Counted from the stretch's first letter, positions 37,604 to 48,102 are shown. The stretch is DNA of 64,000 nucleotides from Limisphaerales bacterium (GCA_047608975.1 JBLFYM010000003.1:17869-81868), one strand, 5' to 3'. The notes: generated by a model from the letters alone, not told the origin. Program-made: numbers and translations.

Positions 37604-38080
37604 CTAACCCTTGTTCTTGCAGGCCCCGAGTTTCTTCAACTCGTCGCAGGTGGCCTTGATCTGAAGCTTTTGCGTCTTCAGAGAGAAACCAAGTTTCTGG
37701 CTGATTTCCTCCTCCAGCTCACCCAGTTTTTCATCCTCAAATTCCACGATCTTGTCGCAGTCCTGGCAGATGATGTGGTTGTGATGCGGGTGGTCGACGT
37801 AGTTCGGATCGTAGTACTTGTAGTCCTTCCCAAAATCCATTTCCTGCACCAACCCACTCTCCATGAGCAGCGGCAGGGTCCGATAAACGGTCGCGCGTGA
37901 AACAGACTTGTCACGCTCACGCGACCAATCCAAGAGCTGTTCAGCCGTGAAATGCTCCACGGTCGAAAAGACCGTGTCGATGATCGCCTGTCGCTGGGAA
38001 GTCATACGGAGATTCTTGCCCTCAATGAATTTGAGGAACTTCGCCTTGGCGGAATCTTTGTCGGCAACTGCCACGGGCAT
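37604..38080 (-). CDS. Fur family transcriptional regulator
   Basis: The start was trimmed to the ATG at 38080. The winged helix is RMTSQRQAIIDTVF...SRATVYRTL and the metal site is HPHHNHIICQDCDKIVEF. The exact start is uncertain. Confidence 0.85.
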   Translation of the reverse strand: MPVAVADKDSAKAKFLKFIEGKNLRMTSQRQAIIDTVFSTVEHFTAEQLLDWSRERDKSVSRATVYRTLPLLMESGLVQEMDFGKDYKYYDPNYVDHPHHNHIICQDCDKIVEFEDEKLGELEEEISQKLGFSLKTQKLQIKATCDELKKLGACKNKG

Positions 38081-38154
38081 CAGTATAGGCGCGAGCGAAT
38101 CCAAGTCAATTGCCTCGCCGATTCGGCCCGACTCCGTTAATTTGTTCCCGACAA

Positions 38155-38724
38155 ATGAACGATTGGATCGCCGAATATTACCAGCGTCAGCAGCAGGCCC
38201 ACGACTCCATCCCCCAAGAGCAGGTGAATGCGCTGATTGAGCTCTTCGCCAAAGCGCGGCATGAAGATCGCCAGATTTTTGTCTTTGGAAACGGGGGCAG
38301 CGCCTCCAATTGCTCCCACTTCGCGACTGATCTCGGCAAGGGTGCATCCGACGCGCTCAAGACCCGTTTTCGCATTCTCTCCCTGAACGATAACGTCAGC
38401 TGGATGACCGCCCTGGGGAATGATTATTCCTATGAAGACATCTTTTCGATGCAGCTGCAGAACTACGCCAAACCCGGTGATCTGGCCATGAGTCTCAGCG
38501 TGAGCGGCAATTCCCCGAATTGCGTGAAGGCCCTCCAGTGGGCGAAAGACCACGGATTGCAGACGATTGCACTCGTCGGTTCCAAGCAGGGTCGGATGGC
38601 CGAAATTGCCGAACACGTGATCACGGTTGATGACACGCACTACGGCCGGGTCGAAGACGCCCAAATGGGAATTTGCCACGTCATCTGTTACGCCTTCATT
38701 GAAAAGCCCGAAGTCGCCGGTTGA
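38155..38724 (+). CDS. SIS domain protein, phosphoheptose isomerase (GmhA)-like
   Basis: The start is the ATG at 38155. FVFGNGGSASNCSHFATDL and LSVSGNSPN are present. Confidence 0.8.
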   Translation: MNDWIAEYYQRQQQAHDSIPQEQVNALIELFAKARHEDRQIFVFGNGGSASNCSHFATDLGKGASDALKTRFRILSLNDNVSWMTALGNDYSYEDIFSMQLQNYAKPGDLAMSLSVSGNSPNCVKALQWAKDHGLQTIALVGSKQGRMAEIAEHVITVDDTHYGRVEDAQMGICHVICYAFIEKPEVAG

Positions 38725-38791
38725 AGCGCAACCCGCTCGGCTTCCGCGCAGGCGTCATCCGTAGATCTGAACCTCCAAACCCCAACGCCCT

Positions 38792-40444
38792 GTGCCGGTC
38801 ACGGATCAAATCCGCAAGAAGCTCGCCACCGTTCCTCACAAACCGGGCGTCTATCTGCACAAAGACCGATTCGGCACCGTCATCTACGTCGGTAAAGCCC
38901 GGGATCTCAAGAAACGCGTCTCCCAATACTTCCAACCCTCACGCCGGTTGGGTTGGGATCTCAAGTTCAACGCCTTGGTGGCGGCGATTCACGATTTCGA
39001 CATACACGTCGTCAGAAGCGAACCGGAGTCTCTCCTCCTCGAAGGAAAGCTCATCAAGGAATTCCACCCGCGCTACAACGTCAGCTTTCGGGATGACAAA
39101 CGGTTTCTCCTGCTCAAGGTCAACCTCAACGATCCCATTCCACGCTTCACGCTCACCCGTCTCCGCACCGATGACGGTGCGCGCTACTTCGGACCGTTTC
39201 CGAGTTCGGGTTCGCTGCGTCGAACGCTGAGCCTCGTCCGTCACCGCTTCAATCTGCGGGGTTGTCGCCCCCTGAATCCCACCCAGGCCGACTACAAACA
39301 TTGCCTGTACGCACACATGAAAGTGTGCACCGCACCGTGTATCCAGAACGTCACCTTTGAGCTATACGCCATGCAGGTTAATGCCGCCTGCGATTTCCTC
39401 GACGGCCAATGCGGTGAAATGCTGCAGGACCTTGAGAAGCACATGAAGAAGGCTGCGGGGGAACTGAACTTCGAAAAAGCCGCCGAGCTGCGCGATCTGA
39501 TCACCGACCTGAAACGCACCACCAAGAAGACGGGCAAGTTCCAGCGCCTGCCCTACAAACTTCCCGTCGCCATGGATCCGGTTGCCGAACTTCAGTCCCT
39601 CGCCGACGAACTCGGACTGGAATCCCCACCGGAACGCATCGAAGGCTTTGACATCTCCAACATCAGCGGCACGTTCAAAGTCGCTTCAGTGGTTCGCTTC
39701 CGAAACGGCAAACCCGACCGCAGCAATTATCGACGGCTCAAGATCAAGACAGTCGAGGGACAGGACGACTTCGCCTGCATGCAGGAAGCCGTCAAACGCC
39801 GCTATTCCCGACTCCTGCGCGAAGCCAAGAAACGCGTTGCCGACGATTCGGAACCCGATGAAGTGGACAAGGCGATTCCCGAGGAACTGCAATTGCTGGT
39901 GGACGAAATCAGTACCCAGTCGAAGAAAGGCATCGTGCGCGCCAGCGACTTCGTGGAACGCGGAAACTTCCCGGACCTGATCGTGATTGATGGCGGCAAA
40001 GGACAACTCGGCATGGCGTTCAACGAATTGAAGAAGCTCGGCCTCGAATCCATCCCGGTCATCGGTCTGGCGAAGGAGTATGAGGAGATCCATCGCCCCG
40101 GCGAAAAGCAACCGCTTCGCTTGGGGCTTGATCATCCCGCCGTCAAACTTCTGCAACGCGTCCGCGATGAATCCCACCGCGTCGCCAACAGCTACAACGC
40201 GCAGCTCCGACTGAAGCGAATCAGCGAGAGCATCCTCGACGAATTTCCCGGAATCGGGAAACAGCGGAAAGCCGCCTTGCTCAAAAAGTTTGGCTCCGTC
40301 CAGCGGCTTCGATACGCCACCTTGGAAGAGATTCAGAAAGTTTCCGGATTCGGAGGCATCGCCGGCAAGCAGCTGAAGGTCTTCCTCGACGCCCGCACCG
40401 AGCAACCCCAACCACCCGTGCCGACCAAACCAGCGGCAGATTGA
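38792..40444 (+). CDS. uvrC: excinuclease ABC subunit C
   Basis: The GIY-YIG N-terminus is PHKPGVYLHKDRFGTVIYVGKARDLKKRVSQYF, the UVR motif is ELNFEKAAELRDLI, and the C-terminal HhH is FPGIGKQRKAALLKKFGS. The start is GTG. Confidence 0.93.
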   Translation: MPVTDQIRKKLATVPHKPGVYLHKDRFGTVIYVGKARDLKKRVSQYFQPSRRLGWDLKFNALVAAIHDFDIHVVRSEPESLLLEGKLIKEFHPRYNVSFRDDKRFLLLKVNLNDPIPRFTLTRLRTDDGARYFGPFPSSGSLRRTLSLVRHRFNLRGCRPLNPTQADYKHCLYAHMKVCTAPCIQNVTFELYAMQVNAACDFLDGQCGEMLQDLEKHMKKAAGELNFEKAAELRDLITDLKRTTKKTGKFQRLPYKLPVAMDPVAELQSLADELGLESPPERIEGFDISNISGTFKVASVVRFRNGKPDRSNYRRLKIKTVEGQDDFACMQEAVKRRYSRLLREAKKRVADDSEPDEVDKAIPEELQLLVDEISTQSKKGIVRASDFVERGNFPDLIVIDGGKGQLGMAFNELKKLGLESIPVIGLAKEYEEIHRPGEKQPLRLGLDHPAVKLLQRVRDESHRVANSYNAQLRLKRISESILDEFPGIGKQRKAALLKKFGSVQRLRYATLEEIQKVSGFGGIAGKQLKVFLDARTEQPQPPVPTKPAAD

Positions 40445-40462
40445 GATCACCCCTTTTCATTC

Positions 40463-41197
40463 ATGTCCGACGAGGTCACATCCTACTACCAAGCCAACGA
40501 GCAGCGCGCGAGCAGCGTCCAGGCCCTGTTCGATCGCATCGCGCCCAGCTACGACCGTATCAACGACATCCAGAGCCTGGGCATGCATCGCATCTGGAAG
40601 AAATGGCTATGGCTCCTCTCCCGACCCAAACCCGGCGCAAAGATTCTCGATCTCTGCTGCGGCACCGGCGACATCGCATTTCTTTTCGCCAACCAAGGCT
40701 GCGAAGTCGCCGCCGTCGATTTCAGCCGGGAGATGCTGACCGTCGCCCGCCAGCGCACCGCGCACGAAGTCACCCCGAAAAACCAGCGGCCCGAATTCAC
40801 CCAGGGAGACGCCCTACACCTGCCTTATCCCGACGAAACTTTCGATGCTCTCACCATCGGCTACGGCCTGCGGAATCTTGCCGACTTCGAAGCCGGTCTC
40901 CAAGAGATGACCCGCGTGCTCAAACCCGGTGGCCATCTTCTCATTCTGGAGTTTGGAAAACCCGACAACCCCTTCCTCCTCGCCGCCTACTACACCTACC
41001 TGCACATCGCCGTCCCCATGTTCGGCAAACTCTTCTGCGGCGATTCCAAAGCCTACGCCTACATTCTCGAATCCCTGAAACACTACCCCGCCCAACGCGG
41101 CATCCATGCCTTGATGGAAGCAACCGGCTACGAAGACAACCGGATACTGAACTTCATGGGCGGCACCATGAGCATCAACCATGGCGTGAAGAAGTAG
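40463..41197 (+). CDS. ubiE: demethylmenaquinone / ubiquinone C-methyltransferase
   Basis: FDRIAPSYDRINDIQSLGMHRIWKK, LDLCCGTGD and LKPGGHLLILEF are present. Confidence 0.9.
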   Translation: MSDEVTSYYQANEQRASSVQALFDRIAPSYDRINDIQSLGMHRIWKKWLWLLSRPKPGAKILDLCCGTGDIAFLFANQGCEVAAVDFSREMLTVARQRTAHEVTPKNQRPEFTQGDALHLPYPDETFDALTIGYGLRNLADFEAGLQEMTRVLKPGGHLLILEFGKPDNPFLLAAYYTYLHIAVPMFGKLFCGDSKAYAYILESLKHYPAQRGIHALMEATGYEDNRILNFMGGTMSINHGVKK

Positions 41198-41308
41198 CGC
41201 CCGCCGGCTCCCCTTGCGTGTACCGATTGTCCCCAGAATCGTTCACGTGTCACTGACGTGATTCGCGTTTATTGGTGTTCATTCGTGGTTCACCTGCATC
41301 CCTACAAC

Positions 41309-42355
41309 TTAGCCCAGGTGCCGGGCGAAGAACTCCCGCGTTCGTTTCCACATCTCCGGAGAAAGCACGTGGCCGGTATCCGGCTCAATGAATGAACTGA
41401 ACTGATCGGCCGCACCTTGCCGCGCGTATTCCTCTTCGATTCGTCGAACGCCTTCGCGCGCATGTTCGATCGGAGAACCGCCATCGGTTTCTCCCAGATT
41501 GAGATGCAATGCCCGGGGCGCAATCAGAGCCGCCATCTCTGGTGTATCCCCGTATTCCAACCAGCCGGGAACGAAATTTGGAAAGCAATGCAAGAGATGG
41601 TGATCATGAATTGCCGAGTAGGTCGGCAGACAACAATTCCCGACCGCAGCCTTAATGCGCGGTTCATGCGGCCCGACCAACCAGGTGTGGGTTGAACCCA
41701 TGGAATGCCCATAGCACCCGATCCGATCCGCCTTCACTTCCGCACGCCCGCACAACACATCGATCGCCCGGCGCATATCGAGCACATTCTTCCAAGCCAT
41801 CGATTTTCCGTTCACCACATAGCGGAGAAACTCGAAGCGCTCAAAACGTGAACCCTTCAGTTTACCGCTCGGATCCTGTCGCTCCTCGAACGCCAACGCA
41901 TCGGGACACAGCACAACATATCCCTCGCGAGCCAGCGCTACCCCGGTGTGATGCATCGGATCGCCGGCCAGCCCTGCAGGTTCGTTCTTCCCCAAATCAT
42001 ATTGTCCCCCATGTTGATGCCAAACCGCCACTGCCGGCGCCGGTTTGGAATCAGAAACCCCATCCGGAATCAGTAGCAACGCCGGCACGCGATCGCCCGG
42101 CTCGACTTCATACGTCAGTGATTCAATCCGATAACCGTCCTTTGGCATCGTCTCCCGCAGTTCGATCTTCAACGGACAAGGTTCTGGCCAATCACCGCCA
42201 AGGCATTCGACCAGCTTGCCCCGAAGTGCGTCCGGCTTGGCAGGGCGGTCAGAAGAGGTATCTTTGGCAGCGTTGACGTTCATGGTGGCACCAGCGGCGA
42301 CCGTCCCGACCGCAGCCTGCTTCACAAAATCACGACGGGAATGTCCAGAGTTCAC
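41309..42355 (-). CDS. TAT-exported alpha/beta hydrolase (dienelactone hydrolase / acetyl-xylan-esterase-like)
   Basis: A GTG start gives twin-arginine signal SRRDFVKQAAVGTVAAGA. The nucleophile elbow is GHSMGS. Confidence 0.85.
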   Translation of the reverse strand: MNSGHSRRDFVKQAAVGTVAAGATMNVNAAKDTSSDRPAKPDALRGKLVECLGGDWPEPCPLKIELRETMPKDGYRIESLTYEVEPGDRVPALLLIPDGVSDSKPAPAVAVWHQHGGQYDLGKNEPAGLAGDPMHHTGVALAREGYVVLCPDALAFEERQDPSGKLKGSRFERFEFLRYVVNGKSMAWKNVLDMRRAIDVLCGRAEVKADRIGCYGHSMGSTHTWLVGPHEPRIKAAVGNCCLPTYSAIHDHHLLHCFPNFVPGWLEYGDTPEMAALIAPRALHLNLGETDGGSPIEHAREGVRRIEEEYARQGAADQFSSFIEPDTGHVLSPEMWKRTREFFARHLG

Positions 42356-42535
42356 AGATCACAGGCTATGCCTCATCCCCGACCTTGGGTAGCCGAATCG
42401 TAACCGTCCGCTCTCGGGCGAAGGCGATAAATCAGAGCGAGCAGTGGCCATCATATGAATCGGCTGCCGCGTAGGAACCGCACATTCCTCCAGCGAGGAA
42501 GCTAATCGGATCTCTGCCGTAGCATGACACCCGGT

Positions 42536-43579
42536 TCATCGGGTCAGGCGAAAGAGGAACGGCAGCGCAACTCGGGAATACTTAACCAGCAGCGCGGTCG
42601 AAGTAATCGAGCTGCCTGACAGCAGAAAACGTTGGAGCCGGTTGGCCCATCTCAATCGGCGGGAGAAGCGTTTCTCGATGGCAATACGAAGTGTCTCCTG
42701 CGCGGTCGGCCAATCGATGAGACCGTCGGCATAGTCCCCGATCGGACCGGCTGCCAGTTCCGCGGATTCGAAGGCCATCGACATCCCATTGCCCGTGATC
42801 GGTGGGATCATGTGGGCGGCGTCTCCGATCGATGGCAGTTCACCAGATCGGGTCTCGGGGGGCGCATAACTGAGACCGGCCACCACACAGAATGAATCGG
42901 GATCGAAGGTGGCTGATTGAAGTCGTTGTTCCAGCTCGCGACCGGCGCAACCTCGAATCCAGTCCTGCCAGCCGTTTTTCAGTTCCGTCAAAGGACGTTG
43001 CGTGCGCAACAGTCCACATACATTCACCTCGCCGCCAGGAAGTCGGCATAGACCCACGTAGCTCTGCGGGGAATGATGCATCTCCAGATCGGCACGCAAA
43101 TCCACGTCACTGGCATGCGCCTTGAAGCCAATTTGGCGGTAACCAGTCGATTCTTTCTGGGGGACTCGACCGGTTGCGCGAACAAATCCCTCGGCTGGTT
43201 TCCACACTGCGCGGTGGTGGGTTATCAAATTACCACCACGATTCTGGAACAGTTCGGCGAGCGTTTCGTCGAGCACATGGCGGGATACGCACCAGGCGGA
43301 TTTGGGAAGGCGAGCGGGTTTGCCCGCATGCTGCGAGCCGTTGAATGTCACCGTGGTGGCTTCGAGCACACCGCGTTCTTCAATGGGAGGCCAAGCCTCC
43401 AGGCGTTTGAGGACGTCCACCCCAGCCCCACTGATGAATTCACCACAGACGCGATGCCGTGGATAACTGCCGGCCTCGAGGAGGCTCACCGGAACGTCGC
43501 GGTTGCGCAGGGCGATTCCCAGCGCCAGTCCGGCAAGCCCGCCTCCGTGAATTGTGATCTGTTTCGCGTCGCGACTCAT
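42536..43579 (-). CDS. FAD-dependent oxidoreductase (flavoprotein monooxygenase / geranylgeranyl-reductase-like)
   Basis: The dinucleotide fold is ITIHGGGLAGLALGIAL...LLEAG, with GDAAHMIPPITGNGMS. The gene starts 12 nt after the methyltransferase stop. Confidence 0.85.
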   Translation of the reverse strand: MSRDAKQITIHGGGLAGLALGIALRNRDVPVSLLEAGSYPRHRVCGEFISGAGVDVLKRLEAWPPIEERGVLEATTVTFNGSQHAGKPARLPKSAWCVSRHVLDETLAELFQNRGGNLITHHRAVWKPAEGFVRATGRVPQKESTGYRQIGFKAHASDVDLRADLEMHHSPQSYVGLCRLPGGEVNVCGLLRTQRPLTELKNGWQDWIRGCAGRELEQRLQSATFDPDSFCVVAGLSYAPPETRSGELPSIGDAAHMIPPITGNGMSMAFESAELAAGPIGDYADGLIDWPTAQETLRIAIEKRFSRRLRWANRLQRFLLSGSSITSTALLVKYSRVALPFLFRLTR

Positions 43580-43591
43580 CGGTCTGTTCGC

Positions 43592-44272
43592 TCATATGCG
43601 GCGGGCGGCAAACAGGTGACTGAAGAGCCCCGCGTTTTCCTCCGCACACTCCCATTCGGCGGACTCGGGCCAAAGCTGCGTCAATTCGTCATTGGAAAAC
43701 CCGGCCTCCACACTCACCACCGCGTCATGTCGCGTGACGCGATTGCAGCCGATCAGACCGACCAGTCGCGATGCCAGAAGCGCGCCTCTGCTACGTCGTG
43801 GTTCACAGGCCAACAAGCGCTCGATGCGTGGCTCGATCAGGCCCAGTAATTCGCGCAGAGCCTCATCGGGGAAGTGATGCAGGAACAGGTTCGAGAAGCA
43901 GATATTAAAAGTTTGGTCGTTCGTCCGCGCCCACTCGAACACATCCTGCCGGCAGATATGAACGGTCCATCCCATACTATCCAATGTCGCCACCGTGTCG
44001 GCTGAAACGACCGGATTACGATCCACGAGGACCAGCTTGCCACGTCTGGCACCAAGCCCCAGACGCTTGACCACCCGGAGGATCAGGTCGCCGTCGCCGG
44101 CGCCCAGTTCGACCACGCAGACCGGCGGCGCCCCCTGCCGTGCTGCTTCTGCCAGAATCCGACTGTGCCCCATGATTCCGTTCAACAACCTCAGATCCTT
44201 CCGGGAACGGATCGCCTCGGGCGCGTCGGAAGGAAGTTCGTCCAGTATTTCGGTTGTCAGTTTTCTTACCAT
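43592..44272 (-). CDS. class I SAM-dependent methyltransferase
   Basis: The start was trimmed to the ATG at 44272, 2 nt after the PKS stop. Motif I is VVELGAGDGDL. Confidence 0.8.
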   Translation of the reverse strand: MVRKLTTEILDELPSDAPEAIRSRKDLRLLNGIMGHSRILAEAARQGAPPVCVVELGAGDGDLILRVVKRLGLGARRGKLVLVDRNPVVSADTVATLDSMGWTVHICRQDVFEWARTNDQTFNICFSNLFLHHFPDEALRELLGLIEPRIERLLACEPRRSRGALLASRLVGLIGCNRVTRHDAVVSVEAGFSNDELTQLWPESAEWECAEENAGLFSHLFAARRI

Positions 44273-44274
44273 CG

Positions 44275-45345
44275 TCAGGTTCGTCCCACTTTCAACAACG
44301 CTCCGTGACTGCTGAACCCGGCACCAAAGGACGCGAGCCACCAATAGCCACTTTGGGGATTTGGATCTGATCGTAAGGCTTGATCGAGAACGAAAAGGAC
44401 CGAGGGGCTGCTCATGTTTCCATGGCCGCGCAACAACTCACGACTGAGTCGTGTCTCGCCATCCTGAAAGTCAAACTTACGCTCGAGTTCGTTCAACACA
44501 TCGCGACCGCCCGGATGGAACAGCCAACGATCAATGGATCCAATCGTCTGCCCGTGCTTTTCCAACACCCCAAGACAAACCCGTTTGGCATCGGCGGCGG
44601 CGATCGGCGGAACATCCGGCATCAGAATGTTTCGCAACCGCCCATCCTTCTGTTCGAACCGAAGCAGATCGCGGTTGGCCGGATTCAAAAGGGTTCCGTC
44701 AGCCACCCACTGAACCGGCGGCAGGCTCTCCGGTGGCCCACTTCCGAGCACGGCGGCAGCAGCCCCATCACCGAACAGACAGGCGCTGATCAGCACCCCC
44801 GGATCGTCATCGAGGTAGTAGGCCGCACTGCAAATTTCGACGCAGACGGAAAGAACCCGCTTAGCGCCCCCGGCACGCAGGATGTCCTCCGCCGTCCCGA
44901 GATTGGGCAGCGCCGCACCGCAGCCTTGGCCGACCAGATCAAGCAGTTTGCAATCGGCGCGCAGGGCCAGCCGTTCACTCACATAGCTGGTGAGGCCGGG
45001 ACACAGATAGCCGGTGCACGTGCTGACGATCAGCGCGTCAATCTCCTCGGCAGAAATCCGCGCATCGGCCAAGGCACCCATCGCAGCCTCAGACGCGAGT
45101 TCAACCGCGCAGGATTCAAAACGTTCATGCAGATCATCGGCGCTCGAGCCAAAGGCATCCGACAGGGAATCCAACGCCAGATGGCGGGAATCAATTCCAT
45201 TGTCTGAATTCAGCACCTTCCTCAATAGCGCCTGACTTCGCCGAGACAAGCGGGCGAAGTCGCCACTGGCCGACATTGCCTCCCACACCTCAAGCTGCGT
45301 GAAGCAGTGCGGCGGAACAGCAGTGCTAATTCCCTGGAAGAACAT
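44275..45345 (-). CDS. type III polyketide synthase (chalcone/stilbene synthase family)
   Basis: The Cys-His-Asn triad contexts are VSTCTGYLCPG, WLFHPGGRDVL and GNMSSPSVLFVL. The protein is 356 aa. Confidence 0.9.
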   Translation of the reverse strand: MFFQGISTAVPPHCFTQLEVWEAMSASGDFARLSRRSQALLRKVLNSDNGIDSRHLALDSLSDAFGSSADDLHERFESCAVELASEAAMGALADARISAEEIDALIVSTCTGYLCPGLTSYVSERLALRADCKLLDLVGQGCGAALPNLGTAEDILRAGGAKRVLSVCVEICSAAYYLDDDPGVLISACLFGDGAAAAVLGSGPPESLPPVQWVADGTLLNPANRDLLRFEQKDGRLRNILMPDVPPIAAADAKRVCLGVLEKHGQTIGSIDRWLFHPGGRDVLNELERKFDFQDGETRLSRELLRGHGNMSSPSVLFVLDQALRSDPNPQSGYWWLASFGAGFSSHGALLKVGRT

Positions 45346-45464
45346 CCGGTGATGGTAGGCGAACGGGTCACGCTTGTATGTGGCAAACGGAGAGAGTTTA
45401 TTCCGGGAGTCCGCAAACCGGAAACTTGTCCCGGCGACTCAGCCCCATCCGGCCGTTCAGCAAA

Positions 45465-46922
45465 TCAACGAATTACCGATCGGCCGCTCTCGCGGTAGCG
45501 ATTCAAGGTCTCGTTCATTTCCGAGACCAGTTTGGGATAAGCGGAGGCCACATCGCTCGCCTCCTTTGGATCGATCGAAAGATCAAAGAGCCGATCCGTT
45601 TTACCTGGGACCAGCTTCCACTTGCCATTTCGAATCGCGAAGCGGCCGGCATAGTCGTTATTCACAACGCCCGCATGCGCGGGCAGTTCCTTCCCGCCCA
45701 AGAGCAACGGAAGAATGTCGTTGCTGTCTTCAGCCGAGTTGGCAGGAAGCGTCGCGCCGGTGATCGCGGCAGCGGTAGCCATGAAGTCGTTCAGACAAAT
45801 GGTTTGATCACAGACCGAGCCGGCCGGGATCTTCGCCGGCCAGCGGGCGATGAACGGCAGGCGATGACCGCCTTCATGGATCTGGGTCTTGCTGCCCTTG
45901 AAGTGGTATCGAAGATTCACTCCATGGGACTCCAGTTCCTTGAAATTCGCCTTGCCGGAAGTACCATTGTCCGTGGTAAAAATCAGCCGGGTATCCTTCG
46001 CGACTCCGGCGTCAGCGAGAGCCTTCATCACGTGACCCACAACCCCATCAGTCTCGATCACAAAATCCGCGTAGTCACTGATACCACTCTTCCCCTTGAA
46101 CTCCGCACTGGGAGAAATCGGCGTGTGAAGTGAAGTCAGTGGGAGATAGAGAAAGAACGGTTTGTCCCCTCGGCTTTCGGTCCGGATCCATTCCGAAGCC
46201 TTGCTGGCCAGGCCGGGAAGAATTCCCTCCAGCTTCCATCCGGGAAGCATCGGACCGGGGTGCCCGAACATTTCATCCGGCTTGGCCACTGACGGATTGC
46301 CGAGCAATCGATCGTTTTCGATCCAGATGTAAGGCGGAAAATTGGGAACATCCACGCCGAAGTAGTAATCGAAGCCGTGGTTTACCGGTCCGTCCGCGAT
46401 CGGCTTCGTCAGATCAATTCGCGCCGCCACTGCCAGACAGCGTTCCGCCGCCGGACCTTTTTTGAAAAAGGAGTCATGCCGCTGGATATCGTGGTTGACC
46501 GCCTGCCCCTGCGCATCCAGCCAGGTCATGCCGAGGTGCCACTTGCCGACCATACCGGTGCGGTGTCCCTGTTGTTGGAGAAGTTCCGTCACTGTAACAC
46601 GTTCGCGCTTGATCAACGGCTTGCCCCACTCCCAGAGAACCTGGCTCTTCAGATCCGTGCGCCAGCAATAGCGACCAGTGAGAATCCCATAGCGCGTGGG
46701 CGTGCAGACTGCGGAACCGGAGTGCGCGTCGGTAAACCGCATCCCCTGCCCCACCAGCCGGTCGATGGGGGGCGTCTTCAATGGACCCATTTCGGAGTTC
46801 AACGCCGACACCGAGTCGTAACTCATGTCATCCGCCAGAATGAAAACAATGTTCGGCGATTTTGTTGCCGAGGTGTGAAGGGAGACCAGCAGCAAGAGAA
46901 GCAGACGGAATGCTGAATTCAT
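45465..46922 (-). CDS. secreted arylsulfatase (Cys-type)
   Basis: The start was trimmed to the ATG at 46922 (MNSAFRLLLLLLVSLHTSATKSPNIVFILADD). The active-site motif is CTPTRYGILTGR. Confidence 0.9.
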   Translation of the reverse strand: MNSAFRLLLLLLVSLHTSATKSPNIVFILADDMSYDSVSALNSEMGPLKTPPIDRLVGQGMRFTDAHSGSAVCTPTRYGILTGRYCWRTDLKSQVLWEWGKPLIKRERVTVTELLQQQGHRTGMVGKWHLGMTWLDAQGQAVNHDIQRHDSFFKKGPAAERCLAVAARIDLTKPIADGPVNHGFDYYFGVDVPNFPPYIWIENDRLLGNPSVAKPDEMFGHPGPMLPGWKLEGILPGLASKASEWIRTESRGDKPFFLYLPLTSLHTPISPSAEFKGKSGISDYADFVIETDGVVGHVMKALADAGVAKDTRLIFTTDNGTSGKANFKELESHGVNLRYHFKGSKTQIHEGGHRLPFIARWPAKIPAGSVCDQTICLNDFMATAAAITGATLPANSAEDSNDILPLLLGGKELPAHAGVVNNDYAGRFAIRNGKWKLVPGKTDRLFDLSIDPKEASDVASAYPKLVSEMNETLNRYRESGRSVIR

Positions 46923-47100
46923 GAAACTGAACTTCCAGAAGCCAGAGTCGTGATGCAAAAGATTTGTGCCGGTAACGTTCGACCGGCTTTCCCCGTCCAT
47001 CAGCCAACATGAACGTTTCCGGCCAAACGGCTCTTCCTGGGGTGAACTCCGCCGTCGACTCTCGCCAATCGCGGATCCCCATGGGAGATTCACCGAATCC

Positions 47101-48102
47101 ATGAGCGGAATTATTGGCCACACCATGTATGCGATTCTCGGCGCCAAATCCGCCCGGGAACGCAAACTCCCAATCGTTCCCATTCTCGATCGACACGCGG
47201 CCAGCTATCATTGTGGTGCCTATCTCGGATGCGATGTCCAGACGATGCCCGAAGCCATCTGCTCGGACAGCGGCCAAGAGGTCGGCTACGGCACAGCGCC
47301 GCTCAAGGTCAGCCCCATTACGGGCGGGGAAGTGAAACCTTGGTCACTCAAGCACGGCAACAAATTCTACCGGCCGAGGGAAATCCACCAGCTTTTCTAT
47401 GGCCGCGCCCATTTGGTGTTTGGTTGGCGAAGCGAAGATCGTGAACACACCTTGCCGTGGGATCACCTGGCCGATTACTGCGCGGCGGTGGTCAAGGACG
47501 CGCAGGAGATTTACCACGTCAACGACCGCAGTATGGCGTATCTGTTCGGTTGGATGGCGCATATCGTTGGAGATAGTCTCATCAAATCCGTGCATCCCGG
47601 CGTCGACCTTCATTTGCACGGTGGCAAATACACTCCGACCAATCGTCCGATTCAGGATCTCGTCACATTCCACGAAATCGGCCGCAAGGAACTGAAACTC
47701 AATTGGCAGACCATTCTGGGCGACGCGGCCAAAACCCCGATTGAGGAGATCCAGCTCCACTACATGCGCATCGCCAAAGCCCAAGGCGAACTCAGCTCTC
47801 AATTCACCAACGCCTGGCAACCGGAACATGCCAGTCTGCTTCGCGTCGTGCTGCACGAGAACCGCCGCTACCAGACGATCCGAAACCCGCGTATTCTCAA
47901 GCAACTCGCACTCGCCAAATTTAAGCACGGCTGGGACTGCCAACCCGAACTCAGCCGTCGCTCCCTCGGTCTGCATTACCCCGAGATGGTCGAACTGGCG
48001 AACAAGGCAAACTTCCGCCATGCGCTCTGGCAGATCGGGGATGCCATCGCCCGGCTTTTCAGTGAAGTGATCGAACGAGTTCCTGATCTGCAAACCCGCT
48101 GA
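47101..48102 (+). CDS. hypothetical protein, possibly zinc-dependent phospholipase C-like fold
   Basis: The start was trimmed to the ATG at 47101 (MSGIIGHTMYAILGA). His/Asp-rich motifs include GWMAHIVGDSLIKSVH. The family assignment is tentative. Confidence 0.6.
   Translation: MSGIIGHTMYAILGAKSARERKLPIVPILDRHAASYHCGAYLGCDVQTMPEAICSDSGQEVGYGTAPLKVSPITGGEVKPWSLKHGNKFYRPREIHQLFYGRAHLVFGWRSEDREHTLPWDHLADYCAAVVKDAQEIYHVNDRSMAYLFGWMAHIVGDSLIKSVHPGVDLHLHGGKYTPTNRPIQDLVTFHEIGRKELKLNWQTILGDAAKTPIEEIQLHYMRIAKAQGELSSQFTNAWQPEHASLLRVVLHENRRYQTIRNPRILKQLALAKFKHGWDCQPELSRRSLGLHYPEMVELANKANFRHALWQIGDAIARLFSEVIERVPDLQTR

Noticed and set aside
40441-41256. 271-aa plus-strand ORF overlapping ubiE in another frame.
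   Set aside because: The translation is Arg/Pro/His-rich, whereas the ubiE frame has canonical methyltransferase motifs.
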